A stretch of 62,132 nucleotides of DNA, filler included, from Choristocarpus tenellus KU-1152 (GCA_964200185.2; 11 parts of 11 records of this genome joined end to end with filler, not necessarily neighbours in it), one strand, 5' to 3'; shown: positions 1 through 12,853, counted from the whole stretch's first letter. Numbers and translations: made by a program. Notes: a model not told the origin generated them from the letters alone.

Positions 1-24
1 CCCCTCCCTCAGATACTTTGGGTC
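1..24. mobile_element. MITE family B terminus (truncated by window start)
   Basis: cccctccctcAGATACTTTGGGTC matches the family B terminal inverted repeat. Confidence 0.75.
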
Positions 25-141
25 ATAAAATAAATATATATCCATTATAATTTATTTTAAGTATTGATTTGTCCCAAGGTCAAGGGGAGGAGGTAACGGG
101 GTGGCTGCCCTTACGCCCTTTGTTGGTCCTTAGCCTCTCAC

Positions 142-1218
142 CTCTGGGGTTTCCGCATACTCCTTCACTAGACGCTTTGCCAGTTGCACACGGAACTCAA
201 TGTCCTCTTGCTCTGCTACCTGCTTTTGCCTGGAGTAGCAGGTAGATTTCACAGCGGCCACTGTTGCGTATTTTTGCAAAAATACACTTTTGGAACACAA
301 CATGCGCTGAAAAGGGAAAAAAAAAAAACTCGTTATCAACAGCGTTCTCTTTGTTCCTCTAAGCACAGCAAAGGCGTAAGGAGCTTAGAAGTCTTGACCT
401 GACCATGAAGGGCTTTTTTGGATTTTGGACATTTTCACTACGAGAGAGACCGCTAGGGCGGGCTGTGCGTCAGATACAGATTGTTGTTGGGGGTGTGTTA
501 GGCAAACCTGTCGCACCTTCAATATTTTCGTTTCACCGTGTGGACACTTACTGTCCGGATCATCAAAAGCAATACCAGAGCCAAAGTATCTTAGAGGGTA
601 GAGCCGTGTCCATTTTGGGGCCAATATCCAATGTTGCGATTTTGATGCAATTTTGGTTATCGTTTTTGTCAGGAAGTGTCAGTATCCATGTTCAGGACAC
701 ACCTTTCATAACATGTTCCTTTTACCTACTCCTAAACATTTTGGAGTAGAAAAAATGAGTCAAAGTATCTCAGAGGGTAGAGCCGCGTCCATTTGGGGTC
801 AAAATCCAATGTTGCAATTTTGATGTAATTTTGGCTATCATGTTTGTTAGGAAATGTCAACATCCTTTTTCCGGATACACCTTTTCATAACATACACATT
901 TTACCTACTCCGAAAGATTTTGGAGTAGGTAAAATGTCATCAAAAACCCGTAGGAAGCCAAGCCCCAAATGGACAAACAGGGAAAAACTCGTACCCTCAA
1001 AGATACTTTCACTCACCAAGAATTACATTGTGGCAAACTGATATGAAATAGAACAACAGATTGGCTTAAATGAAATAGAAATAAATCACAACATTCACGC
1101 AACAAAGATCATGGGGATCAGAAGGGTCGAGCTTTGGATCGAACCTTTCTTCCTGCTCCCTCTCCAGGACGATGTCATGTTTGATCAGTGTTGCCTCACG
1201 AGTGCACATCCACCCTAC
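142..1218 (-). CDS. Probable internal exons of an unknown spliced gene (1099-1218, ~404-462, 142-229)
   Basis: AG/GT-bounded, phase-compatible exons reading VGWMCTREATLIKHDIVLEREQEERFDPKLDPSDPHDLCC / PALAVSLVVKMSKIQKSPSW / QKQVAEQEDIEFRVQLAKRLVKEYAETPE; no family recognised. Confidence 0.4.
578..1014 (+). mobile_element. MITE family A: truncated copy (578-756) directly followed by a full copy (757-1014)
   Basis: Left TIR GAGYCAAAGTATCTYAGAGGGTA occurs twice; right TIR TACCCTCAAAGATACTTTCACTC; the whole unit is flanked by ACCA/ACCA. Confidence 0.85.
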
Positions 1219-3186
1219 CTGAGACAGTGGATGAGATATGCTATTGTTAAAAATACACTTATAAAAGAAGAAGCACATTTTGAGCTACCGCTTCATGTCA
1301 ATGCCTTTGCTTAAACATGCTTTCTTGGATGATACATGTATATATACTCCGAGATGGAGAGAGATATTTTGCAAAAAATAAGTGTGAGCTGCAAGCTCTG
1401 CATAACCAAAAACGTACTGTATCAAACGTGGTTTTTTCTGAATATATATATATATATTTTTTTGTTTTTTTCTGAATATATTTATTACTACCTTCAGCTT
1501 GATGCTGTATAACGGTGGTTCTCCATTTTATTGGTTGTGTCTTCTATAGTACAGGTAAGGACAAAGACCCTATTATTCACTTGTCTATACAATTAGCAAG
1601 CTAAAGTCTTGACCACGACCTTCTCAAAGCACCCATTGGGCAAGTTGTCAAGGCTCCCCAGACTTGTGCAATCTGCTGTGCCGTCTCCTTATTCGGAGTG
1701 AATTCATAGTGTTCACTCGGTAAGAACCAGCTGCATGAAGATTTCAGGCCAGTGCAGCCTATTGAAGAAGCCAAAACACTGATCGAGAATATTTTGTTGG
1801 GTGCAAAGTGCAGCAAGGATCATCCCCTACAGGTCTAACACAGATCTTGGGTAAGTGCTATGTATTGGATAGCCCCAAGCCTAAACACTAGAAAAACATC
1901 CTTTTTTCTCTAAGTCGCAAAAACGCCCACAACAATGTCTATCCACAACTGGTTGCAAACAGGCCTTTTTTTGTTGGAACATAATATGGAAATTGATGAG
2001 CTCAAATATTGAACAAGGACACGCTACTGGAGTGCGCATTTTGCACACGCCTTCTTACAAGAAATTCGAATGAATAATAATAATAATAAAAATTTAATAC
2101 CCTCAACCTCCCGGCGTGTATGGGTACATGCTACTTTGAGGAATATCCTCTTACGGTTTTATGAAGAGAATTGCCTCTTTTTTAGAAAAAAAAAGAAATA
2201 GATAAGAGTTAAACAATATATATATATATATATATATTGTTTTGTTACACAATCATCGACGGTTGTGGTTCGAGTAAGAAAAAGGAAATGTGCTCATGCA
2301 AGTTTCCTTGTACTCCATTAAAGGCATTTCGAAGTAATTCAGTTGGGAAGAGGTAGATCAATTCTACAACTACAAGGCGATCCAGCAATCACATATCACC
2401 TTGGGTGGGACACACACTCTTCTCCTGCCATGCTCATCGACACAGCCGCACCTGATTTATGTTGGTTAACACACGTATATCCGTTCACAACATTTTGTGC
2501 TGAAGTCATCCGGTTTGAAACAGGGCTGGGGGAGTACTCATGGATCATCGAGGTCTGTCTAGTGAAGCTCAGGGAATATACTGCGAGCATTCAATAATAC
2601 CAGGGATGTGACTATCCCTGGTTGCAATGAAGCGAAGACACTCCCTCGATTTTATATACAACAGAGAGCAACCGGGACGATTAATGATTTAGGGGGAAAT
2701 AGTACCATTTTCCAAGACCATACGTTACAGTTTAGTTAACCTCATAGGCTTGAAGTCTCAGGGGTAACAGTTCATGCCTCGAGGAAAAAAAAAACACTTC
2801 AGGCCATTTGATACAGTAAGTCTGACTGCGAGAGGCACGGGAAGACAAAGTGACTGAATGCGTTGCCACTATGCTCTTTCATTGCTGTGGATCCCTCAAA
2901 TGCCAGGCTCCCTCAAACACGCTTTGGGCAAGACCCTTTCGGTATCAGTGCTGTGATGCCTTGCAGCATTCTAACCAAGCACACAAGGAGGGAGATACAG
3001 GATGTCCTTCAAAGGGTACCCAGAGCTATACTCTTTCCCACATCGTACAGTCAATGCTCTTTCTTACATGTAAGTGCTGTGGTTGAACCAGCAGCTTTTA
3101 CTGACTTTCCGTAAACATTGACTACTAAAAATCTGAATATATGGAGGGCAATACCCTTCCGACCTAAGTTCCAGCAGCACGCACAG

Positions 3187-3449
3187 AAAAGAAGGGATTC
3201 GAGAGGGTAGGTCCTCGTCCATTTGGGGCCGAAATCCAATGTTGTGATTTCGATGTAATTTTGGCTATCGTGTTTGTTAGGAGATGTCAATATCCTTGTT
3301 CTGGACACACATTTTCATGACATACACATTTTACCTACTCCGAAAGATTTTGGAGTAGGTAAAATGCCATAAACGAACCCATGAGAAGCTAAGCCCCAAA
3401 CGGACAAATAGGGCAAAACTCGTACCCTAACCCTAAGATCCTTTCACTC
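3187..3449 (+). mobile_element. MITE family A copy (degenerate left end)
   Basis: Colinear with 757-1014, including the internal hairpin and right TIR. Confidence 0.8.
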
Positions 3450-3818
3450 TCAGGAATGGAACATTTTGGTTTTGATTAGGTTTTAAAACTTCCTTGCCTC
3501 CGGAAATGCTGCATCTGGGTCCTCATTATCCTCCCAGAGGGATCCTGATATTCCCTCAGCACCTTGTCCACTTCATCCCTGCAGTAGCCAAAGGATGTCA
3601 CTGCTCCTCTCACACCCATTGGATCCTCTGTCCAAGCCTAGGTAGCACCAATATTGCACAGCTCTGCAAAATTAGTCCTCTGTGAGCACCAATATGCTAT
3701 GTTTAGGTGATAATTGTGTACTTTGTATGTTACAACCCTTGCTTCGCGTGTCCAAGAATGTTAAAACATAGGCTACTAATCTTTTGTGTACTTGATACGA
3801 TACAGTATTACCAATTCA

Positions 3819-4001
3819 GGCCAAAAATATCTAGGGAGGGGGGGGGGGTCTTCACCAGGTTGTCCATTTGGGCCAAAATAAGGAAAAGTGAATTTACATT
3901 ATCCATCCGATGTATGCAACCAAACCACCGAAAAATCGCGACATGAAAAAATTGACCCCAAATGGACAGCCGTCACGCCCTCCCCCCAGATACTTTGAGC
4001 C
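3819..4001 (+). mobile_element. MITE family B copy inserted in an LTR-like repeat
   Basis: TIRs ggccaaaaatatct / agatactttgagcc; flanks TTCA/GTCA; empty paralogous site at ~48195-48260. Confidence 0.85.
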
Positions 4002-4937
4002 GTCATACTGACTGTTGATTCGCACGTCAGTACTGGTCGTTACTCACATTTATATCATTAGCACCTCAACATGGCATCATCAATCACTGTTAGAACATCA
4101 TGGTGTCTAGAAAGTAGATAGTCTAGACAGTCGACATCTGTCAAGCATACAAACATAGTACAGGTTTATCAGCCAGATTTCTCTGCTGCTTCCTTGCACT
4201 ATGACACCCCTTCACCACAACCAACCTGCCACTGCACAAAAGCACGATTCATTCAATCACAAGTTTTAGCAAAGAATACGACAATATTGTGGGGCTTCCC
4301 TCCATCTAGTTCTTTGTCTAGTCGTTTGGATTTCAATCTCTACATCCTGGGTACACTCCTCTACATAATAGCTCCTATTTGCAATCTCCGGCTGCATTCA
4401 TGGTGCCACCACCAGTCTGCATCAGTTTCAAGTTCTTTGAGAGATATAATTGTTTATCTCCACTTTCTCCCTTGTCACCATAAGCTCTCATGACTTGCTG
4501 TTTGTTTTTGCAACCTACTTGCCTCTTCAAGGGATGGAAGCATGTCTGTCCAGAACTTCTCGTAGACAAGCGCATAATGATGGTCATCCTTATTTCCTGT
4601 GATCTGCACATCCCCTTCAAAGAAGGCGGAATTGTGGAGCCCTCTTGTCCACACCTATATTCCCAAGCATTAGAGTAGAAGGACAAAGATGTTCAGAGCA
4701 GTTTTTGTTGATCCACAACGCTCCAGAGCATTTCCTAAGGAAATATTTGGACAAAAGGAGACTATGCCCTTAGTTGTGCCTCCCCCTAGCTTTGAGACAT
4801 GCCATGTGATACTTCAAGTCAAGAAATTAACTTTTTGAGGCGCAGTAGATAACAAACAGGTACGGTTGAACGTCGGACTCCTCAACTGTCTATGATGAAA
4901 AGAATATCAAGAGAGCACCACATTTTCGAATCCGCAA

Positions 4938-4979
4938 GAGCCGAAGTATCTTAGAGGGTAGATCCCTGTCCATTTGGGG
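4938..4979 (+). mobile_element. MITE family A left end at contig break
   Basis: GAGCCGAAGTATCTTAGAGGGTAG...GTCCATTTGGGG. Confidence 0.75.
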
Positions 4980-5079
4980 NNNNNNNNNNNNNNNNNNNNN
5001 NNNNNNNNNNNNNNNNNNNNNNNTTAATTAATTAANNNNNNNNNNNNNNNNNNNNNNNNNNNNNNNNNNNNNNNNNNNN
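4980..5079. other. Artificial contig linker (also at 13389, 19038, 22814, 25955, 30104, 37004, 39910, 45617, 55216)
   Basis: Identical 100-nt N-run/TTAATTAATTAA/N-run blocks; the core places stops in all six frames. Confidence 0.97.
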
Positions 5080-5250
5080 TGTGGGGGGGGGGGGGGGGGA
5101 CTACACCAGGGTGTCCATTTGGACCCTGACAACGGGAAGTGCACTTTCATTATCCATCCGACACGTGCAATCAAATCATTCAAAAATCGCGACATGGAAA
5201 AACGGGTCCCGAATCGACAGCCGCCACCCCTCCCCCAGATACTTTGATCT
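5080..5250 (+). mobile_element. MITE family B copy (left end lost in gap)
   Basis: Colinear with 3819-4001; ends agatactttgatct. Confidence 0.8.
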
Positions 5251-5546
5251 ACAACAAATAGCCACCATGGCAGTATTGAGAATACTGCAAACCAAAACCT
5301 CTATACAGCTATGGAATTGATGGAATCACACAAGAATCTTGGAGGAAAAGTTTTTCAGTGAGCCACCTTTTCCTGTTCTCCTTCTTGAAATGCGTGAGAG
5401 TTCTTGCTCCATTCATTTGGGCAAAGTCTCCTACATTAAAGAGACTCGCTGAATCTTGGTGAGATGCCACTACTGTACAGCTTTAGGGAAAAAAAGCTAT
5501 TGCATTTTGCCGGTCTGCATAGGGAGATTCAGTCAAAAGGAAGGCT

Positions 5547-5814
5547 GAGTCAAAACGTTTAGGAGGGTACAGCCGAGTCCATTCGGGGTCATGAATCCAA
5601 TATTGCGATTTTGGTGAATTTTGGCCATTGTGTTTGTTAGCAAGTGTCAATATCCTTGCTCCGGATACATCTTTCGTAGTCGTACTAACTTTTAGGGTTA
5701 GGGTAACTGTGTTCACACAGAAAACTAAAAAAGGGCGTAAAGAACCCGTGGGAAGCCAAGGCCCAAACGGACAGACAGGGCGAAAATCCCTAACCCTGTT
5801 AAATGCTTTTGGTC
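5547..5814 (+). mobile_element. Divergent MITE family A variant
   Basis: Same architecture with variant TIRs GAGTCAAAACGTTT / AAATGCTTTTGGTC and internal TTAGGG/CCCTAA hexamers. Confidence 0.7.
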
Positions 5815-5966
5815 ATTAGTAGTTATATTTTGCTTGTCGAACATGCCAGCACTAGAAGGAGTGAGAATGGTAAAAAATAATTTCAAACAAAAATCGCAAT
5901 AGTGAGGATATGGACGGGGAAAGAGGCGTTCACTGGACAGAAAAATCTACAAGCTGAGTCACTAGT

Positions 5967-6096
5967 GACCCAAAGTATCTGAGGGGGGGGAGGGGTCTAC
6001 ACCAGGGTGTCCATCCACATCAAAACAAAAATCGCGACATGAAAAAATTGACCCGAAATGGAAAGCCGTCACCCCCCCCCCCAGATACTTTGAGCC
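5967..6096 (+). mobile_element. MITE family B, internally deleted copy
   Basis: GACCCAAAGTATCT...AGATACTTTGAGCC with AGT/AGT TSD. Confidence 0.88.
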
Positions 6097-8141
6097 AGTA
6101 TATATATTTGTCCTCGTAATAACCCTAACCCTTAGCGATACCACCGTTCTATTCAAAGCTGGACAATGGGAAAAAATTCGTTCACTCACCAATTTTTTTT
6201 ATTAAGAAAAAAAATTCCCTCTACCAAGTCAATGCCTGAACCCTGTAAGAATTGTGTACTATTTGTTAGCAGCTTGAAAAACGTGCTGTTGTTTCAATAT
6301 TCACCAATCAGATTCACCCGCTTTTAATATCATTTGGCGCACATAAAGTCATGCTAGGGTAGAGACCTGACCAACAGTGTACAATCTGCACCTGTGGGGA
6401 TGGGCGCATACATCTAGTTGTCACATTTTTTCCACTAAAACCTTTCCTATCCAATCAATGTTGACATCACCAATCTTCCTTTACCAGGCCAGCGCATTTT
6501 GTGTTAAACTTGGATGTAAGGCCGCTTGTTGTACTGCTGGAGTATCTCCCGCAGTTGTGGATGGCATGAGCAAGGCGATTGGTCTTAACCTCCTGGCAGG
6601 GCAACAGGTTGGAGCATTATGAACCCACCTTTCTGTCACAAGACGATAGATCCTATGCCACTAATGAAGGAAGGCTGTTTTTATGAGAGATCACAAGGGT
6701 GTCAAATGAATAGATGGAACATACAATCCGTTCAATGATCTCTACTTTGAGTTAAGTGTGGATGAATAAAACCTCCCATTTGGAGTACCAAGGTGTGATT
6801 AGTAATCATGTAGTCCTCGATTAAAGTCAACCCCATTTCCACTATACTTTCAAAGACATTTGATCCTTAGCAGATCCTTTCCTTTCCTTTCCTTTCCTTG
6901 CCGCTGCCACACCATACAACACCAGGAAAAACCATCATGAGAAGTAAGAAGGTTGAGTCATTAAGCACAATACAGGCGGGAAGACCCCTAAGCCAGAAAT
7001 TAAAAAAGCATGTTCAAATAAATGTTTTGTTTCCTCTGAATTTTGGGAAGAAGGGACCCTCCTCCTTGCTTGATAAGAAAATGGCACTGTCATCTCGTGC
7101 TGGCTTTACAAATGAAATGATAGAGACACTGAACATAGACTTGTTGAATTTTCGTAAGGGGGGGGCATTAGTTCCCAAAGATTGACCCTTAGGTTATCTT
7201 ACACAAATTGGAATATGCAAACCTGTCTCTTCCTGGACTTAAGATAGATCATGTTTTTGTCCACTGAGCCTCTTTGCTATTGGGTGCGCCAGTTGCTGAT
7301 TGTTACACGCACTAATCCCTGAATAGATCAGATGAGTCTAAGCAGATCAGATCCAAGATAACTTATTCAGTTCATAACTATCGAGTAACACATCATCTTT
7401 AAAAAAACTTTCATATACTGTCGGATATAGGACCTTGGAGTTTTCCAAATAAAATGCCTTCCTTCTTCCTGATGGTCCATGAAATTGCCTCGTTGGCAGA
7501 GAGCATCCAATTTGTATGTTGGCCACGTCTCCTTAGTGCTTGACACTGTACATCTTGCCCTGGTCCTTTTCGTCTTCATGCAGGTGTCCAAAGCTCTCCT
7601 GTCCTCTGCTGCAAAACATCTCGTCAAGGGAAGTGATGATGATGCATGTCTCATTCTTGATGGTATCAGAGTTGATGTAGGAGAGTCCGATGACATGGGT
7701 GAAGTAAACCTGAAGGAGGGGCAAAGACTGACAGGCAAGAGGAAGGTGTTATAAAACTATCTTAGGGTATCATGCTCCCAAAGTTGGGATCAGTTGGTTG
7801 GGTTTGAGGACAAGATACATGGGACTCCACATTAATCAGATTCTGTACTCATTGTTTCATGCACGTAAAACTGCTTGACTTTGATATGATACACTGAGAG
7901 AGCTTAGTACTTGGAGAAGGCAGAAAACTTGGAGATCCTACTTTTTGCTCATTTTTTTCTGCTGCTGGAGGTCAAGCCTTCATGCAACCTCTGTATCGAT
8001 CTACCTCAACTGACTTCAGTTATATAAAAGCTAGAAAATCGAGCAGAGTGTGTCATATCAATTCCGAATTGTTGGGAGATTGAATCCTTCCATTAGAAAG
8101 GAGCCACCTGATGCACTGCATCCTTTTCACTCGTCAGTTCT

Positions 8142-8215
8142 CTAACCCTAACCCTAACCCTAACCCTAACCATAACACCAACCATAACACTAAACATAAC
8201 ACTAACACAAATACT
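8142..8215 (+). repeat. Interstitial telomere-like (CCCTAA)n grading into degenerate hexamers
   Basis: ctaaccctaaccctaaccctaaccctaac then cataac/accaac/actaac units. Confidence 0.75.
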
Positions 8216-10658
8216 AAGTTGCGCATATCAAGAAGTGTCCAAGTCAGGAGTCACAGTCTTTCACTTAGGATGCAAACAAATCACCTGGGCACGGTACATA
8301 CATAGCCTCTGACTTGTGGTTGAAGTAACATATGTGAATGGTTCGCTTCTAGCGAACAAGTTTATTTGAATGTCAATGAAAGTGAGAACATCTCCTTCCT
8401 CTCTGCTCGTAGCACTATGAATTGTGTCTAAAGCACTATGTTTTGACTTATAAACATAAGGGAATTTCGAGAATCTTTGGCAGGTCCGACCTTCAACAAC
8501 ATGACATTTTGGTGCTCTGAACTTAAGACATGAAATTTCAAGTACTTATCCCTCCTAGTATGTTAGAGGTACACAAACTATATCGGAAGGTCCTGCACAT
8601 TTATCTTCAAGACAGGCAAGCTGATCACTTGCAGGTGCCAGACAAATGAAGAATGTTTCTTCTTGAGGTTATAGAGACAAAGTATCCAAGAGGGAGGTTC
8701 TACTAAGTTCTAATGGCAAATTTGACTTTCTCGTGGCACATGTGTTTGGAGCGCTCAATCTACAGCTAGAGGGGTACATTCAGTTTGTATTGGCAACTTA
8801 TCCTTCTCGATGCCCTAGTTAGTTAGTCTTAACTGTAAAAAACGTTTTTAAAAAAAAATCAAAACGGCCCCCCCAAAAGGGCATCAAACTGGAGTCGTTT
8901 TGCAACACCTCATTGAGCCCCAAAATGGATGCCCTCTCTTAAACCCCCCCTCCCTCTGGGACACTATTGACCTGACCTGAAATTCGTTGATGAGAAAAAT
9001 AATTTTGCGTTCTACAGACAAAGCAATGCAAAGAGTCAAAGTAGCTGGGAGGAGGATTTTGTTTAGAATTTTGTACAGAGAGGAGGATGGCAAAAGGAAG
9101 TGTTTATAGATGAAAGAAAATTGCCCTTTCATCTGATGCATTCACTCTATAACATGGAAATCACTGCAGGGTCACAAAGGCTCCCGAGTGGACGATTGAA
9201 CCCCCTCCCCCTAGGATATTATTGGCTTTCATTATTTCCTTGCTGAGTTCATCTGCACAATCAAGAAACTTCGCAATTTCAGATTAAACACATGGTCGTC
9301 GACCAGTGGTATACTGGGAAAGTATCCAACTTCCACGGTGCATTTGCCCTGATCATCTAACCGGAATTCGATCAGTAGGATATGAGATCATTCTGGCCTA
9401 CCTGGCACTAGTTGTTCCCTTGGAGGAAAATATACTTCACAAATATCCCTAAACTGTTCAAGCAACGACTGGGAAGTAGTCAGGACACAGATTATTGCTT
9501 GTGGACACTACCATATCCTTCGCTCACACAGCAAGTCTTTCAAAGGCAAGCTTGTGTTTTTTTTGTGGGTTATGTATGCATTGCTGTATCGATGAAAAAT
9601 ATGAACATAGAGCAAGCATCACAAATGTTAATCGGAGATATTGATAAACAAATAACCCAGCTCATGCACAGCACGAATAAATAACAACAGAACAAGAGCT
9701 GGTCTAAGAATCTTCGTCATCGCTGCTGGCAGGTGAGGCCTACGAGGCCCTTGTGGCATACCTTGACGACAACCACGATGGATGGAGAGTCCAACTCAAG
9801 GCGGATATGACCAGAGGATGTGACAGGAGCGGGAAGGTGAATTGATTAATCTGCTGCTGCGATTTTGATATCTTCTTGTATGTCTTGTGTGTCATCAATC
9901 ATAGATTTGCACTTTAGGGATCCATACAATATATTACTTGGCAGTAAGGTACCCTGGACCTGGAGCGCCTTGAGCGGGGGAATTAACAATAGTTCATTTT
10001 GCTCTTATTTATAACCAATCCCCTTGGCAATCTCCACTGCATGTTCAAGGGGAAATGTGGGCGACTCTGAACATTGTCTCACCAATAGTCTACCACAACC
10101 CCCAACTCAGACAACCACGGCAAGATGTGGGATATATTTATATTATCTTGCTAATAAACTGTATCATTTGAATTCTCTTCCCTCACTTCCCCTCCCCTCT
10201 TCATCAGGTATCATGGGTCTGCCATTCTCATTCGTCAGTGTGGGGTCTTGCAGCATCAGTTGAAAATGCTTCCTGTCCTGTGAAAGGCATTCCCGGGTCG
10301 ACAGAGCAATGTTGCACAACCCACAAGGACACAGAGCATTTCAGCAAGCAGATCCAGGAAGGAGTACCACCTGGGTACACTCCTCTGACTCTTCCGCCCA
10401 AGTCAATTGAAACAAAAAACACTCAAGCTCAGATTGCAGAGAGATCGTCATCTCCATTGAAACAGTTGGGTCCCCAAGGGGGGGGGTGATAAGCAGGCTC
10501 AAGGGAAAGTTTCATAGGCGAAAGTGGACTAGTGGGGGAAAACAGTAAGTCCTTGTCTTCGAGTTGGGAGGCATCCAGCTTTAAATTGGTTGGGGAGACA
10601 TACTGTTGTAGCACTTGGTATTTTCATTCCTTAGGCAGTGGTGGACGGGTAAACAAAG

Positions 10659-10917
10659 AAGTCAAAGTATCTTAGAGGGTAGGGCCGTGTCCATTTGGGG
10701 GCCAAAATCCAACGCTGTGATTTTCATGTAATTTTATCTGTCGTATTTGTTAGGAAGTGTCAGTATCCTTGTTCCGGACACACCATTTCATAACATATAC
10801 ATATTACCTACTCCGAAACATTTCGGAGTAGGCAAAATATCTTTAAAACCCCATGGGAAGCCAAGCCCCAAATGGACAAACAGGGAAAAACTTGTACCCT
10901 CTAAGATACTTTCACTC
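10659..10917 (+). mobile_element. MITE family A full copy
   Basis: TIRs present; AAG/AAG TSD; 259 bp. Confidence 0.88.
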
Positions 10918-10919
10918 AA

Positions 10920-12620
10920 GGTGGAGCAGCCCTGACCTTGTCCTTGAGCGACAATGGATGCTTGGTATTCTCTCTTTCAATGTTCAAAGGTGTCCGAAGG
11001 TTTGTTTGGAAGGACCAAGGATCTCTAGAAAGACAGAGAGAGGTTTATTGTTTAGTTATGGTTGCCATGGATCTTGGAATGCGTTTTAGAGGTGTCCGCA
11101 TCTGCTTCGGTCCAGGTTATGCCAGGTGGCCGGGGGTTGTACGGCTGGGACTGAGCACATCAAAAGTATTGTGACCCCACGCTTGAGTATCCCTGCGACA
11201 TACTGAGTTGAGTTCCTCCCCAGCAAAAGGATAAAGATCCATTTTGATTGGAGGTACGGTGTGGTTGTGTAAGAAACGATTGGCAATATCATTGGGTGCA
11301 TACCTTGCACTATTGATGTTGAATACTTCTATAATGCCATACCTCTCTTCTAAGATATAATAGGCCTCCAGTATAGAAACCCATGCTCGTTCATGTGCAT
11401 TCTTTACTACTGGAGCATATTGTACCTCTCGAAGATAAATCCTTGCATTCATTGCCTCTCACCCGTACCTAATAGAGAGAGGAGAAGTGGGGTCTCCAAG
11501 GTCATTGTTGCATTGTATCCATGTTAAGCTGTCCTTGGCGATCTGTTGTCCCACACAACTAGTTATATTATTGTTTATTAACTTGTACCACAGTTAAGAA
11601 GAGAGTGAGATACCTTCACTAGGTGGGGCTCACCAGTCCTTACACTTAATGACTCAGAATACCAAATGACTCAACGTATCTCTAGTACACGTCAGAAACA
11701 CTCCGACTCTAATAGTCCGCCGATTACTTCTGGTCAAATACCCCGCCTAAATATCCCGAATGTCCCGCATTATCTTCTGTGCGTACATAAAATAATACTT
11801 CAAATCATATTCTCACAAATGGTCAAGGATAATGTTGACAACGTTTTATATACCCAAACCTTGGTGACCACATTTGAGTATACGGGTATCTACACAGGGA
11901 TTGACATATAGCACCCCCACATCTGTCATACACATGACACTTCCCACAAAAGAAAATTTTACTTTTTGCAGTTGAGACAGTTTGCCCGACATGAGATAGA
12001 ACCGCAGTGAAGGGAGTTTAGGGGGGTGGAGGTGTTGGCAATCAGTGTCAATATTCCCACTTTGGGCCCCCACTACCGTTCTGGATATGGGGTCATGAGG
12101 TTTTCTCTCCCTGGAGTGTTACTGAACATCACCTACCTGTCCCACCTTTATCCTGATATCTCGTGTGCTATATATACAGTTGGAGGAGGCAAATGCCCTA
12201 CCTTGTAATATGCCCTCTACTGCATTCCACACTTGTATCCCTTCCTATCGAGATTGTACCACTGCGATTCCCATACTCAACCTATGCCTCCTCCCCACCC
12301 CCACCACATTTTTTTCATGTACTCTCTGCTGGAACCCAAGCCTCAGAATATATACCCGTGAGTAATCTCTGAAGTCTATCCAAATATGAAAAGCTAGGAC
12401 TCCATTGTGTCCCCAAGGATACTACAATGTCCAGCATGCCTTCCCCCCTCTTCCTCAGTGAGGTTTCCCCTTGACGTGCCACTTCTACTCTCCCAATTCT
12501 AAATTGTCCTGCTTGTACCTCCTACAGATCTACTAATTCATCCTCTGCCGAAACAAGACATATTTACGTGACTAGCTGACAGTATCGACCTTGGCAGTGT
12601 CTTTTAGAGGAAGTAATCTG
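10920..12620 (-). mobile_element. Decayed LTR-retrotransposon internal region (gag-like); 11845-12620 is homologous to 26975-27660
   Basis: Shared blocks with the 27-kb region (tatacccaaaccttgg; gctaggactccaYtgtgtc; ttctaaaYtg); broken ORF at 11117-11452; PBS-like TGGTGAGCCC on the minus strand near 11626-11635. Confidence 0.4.
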
Positions 12621-12853
12621 ACGACTTGTTATCTTCTAATGACTATATATTTTCCTGTTTCCAGCGGAGGTGTAATCTAAATACGCTGCCAAATGGCTGT
12701 TTCCACAATTATTCTAGCTCAAATGGGAAGAAGATTCAATTAACTACTTTCTATCTTCACACCTTGTCCTGCTGTCTCTTGTTGCATCTTGTTCTGATTG
12801 CTATGTAACGTACACTACCTCATCCCCTACATTCATTCCCGCAAAGAAAAAAA

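Noticed and set aside
757-1014. MITEs as introner elements or as protein-coding (recurrent short ORFs such as PKWTRLYPLRYF)
   Set aside because: The termini are not GT/GC-AG, copies lie in introns and TE debris rather than splitting host exons, and the ORFs are not conserved in frame between copies
5024-5035. Recurrent TTAATTAATTAA palindrome
   Set aside because: Always centred in N-runs; an artificial six-frame-stop contig linker
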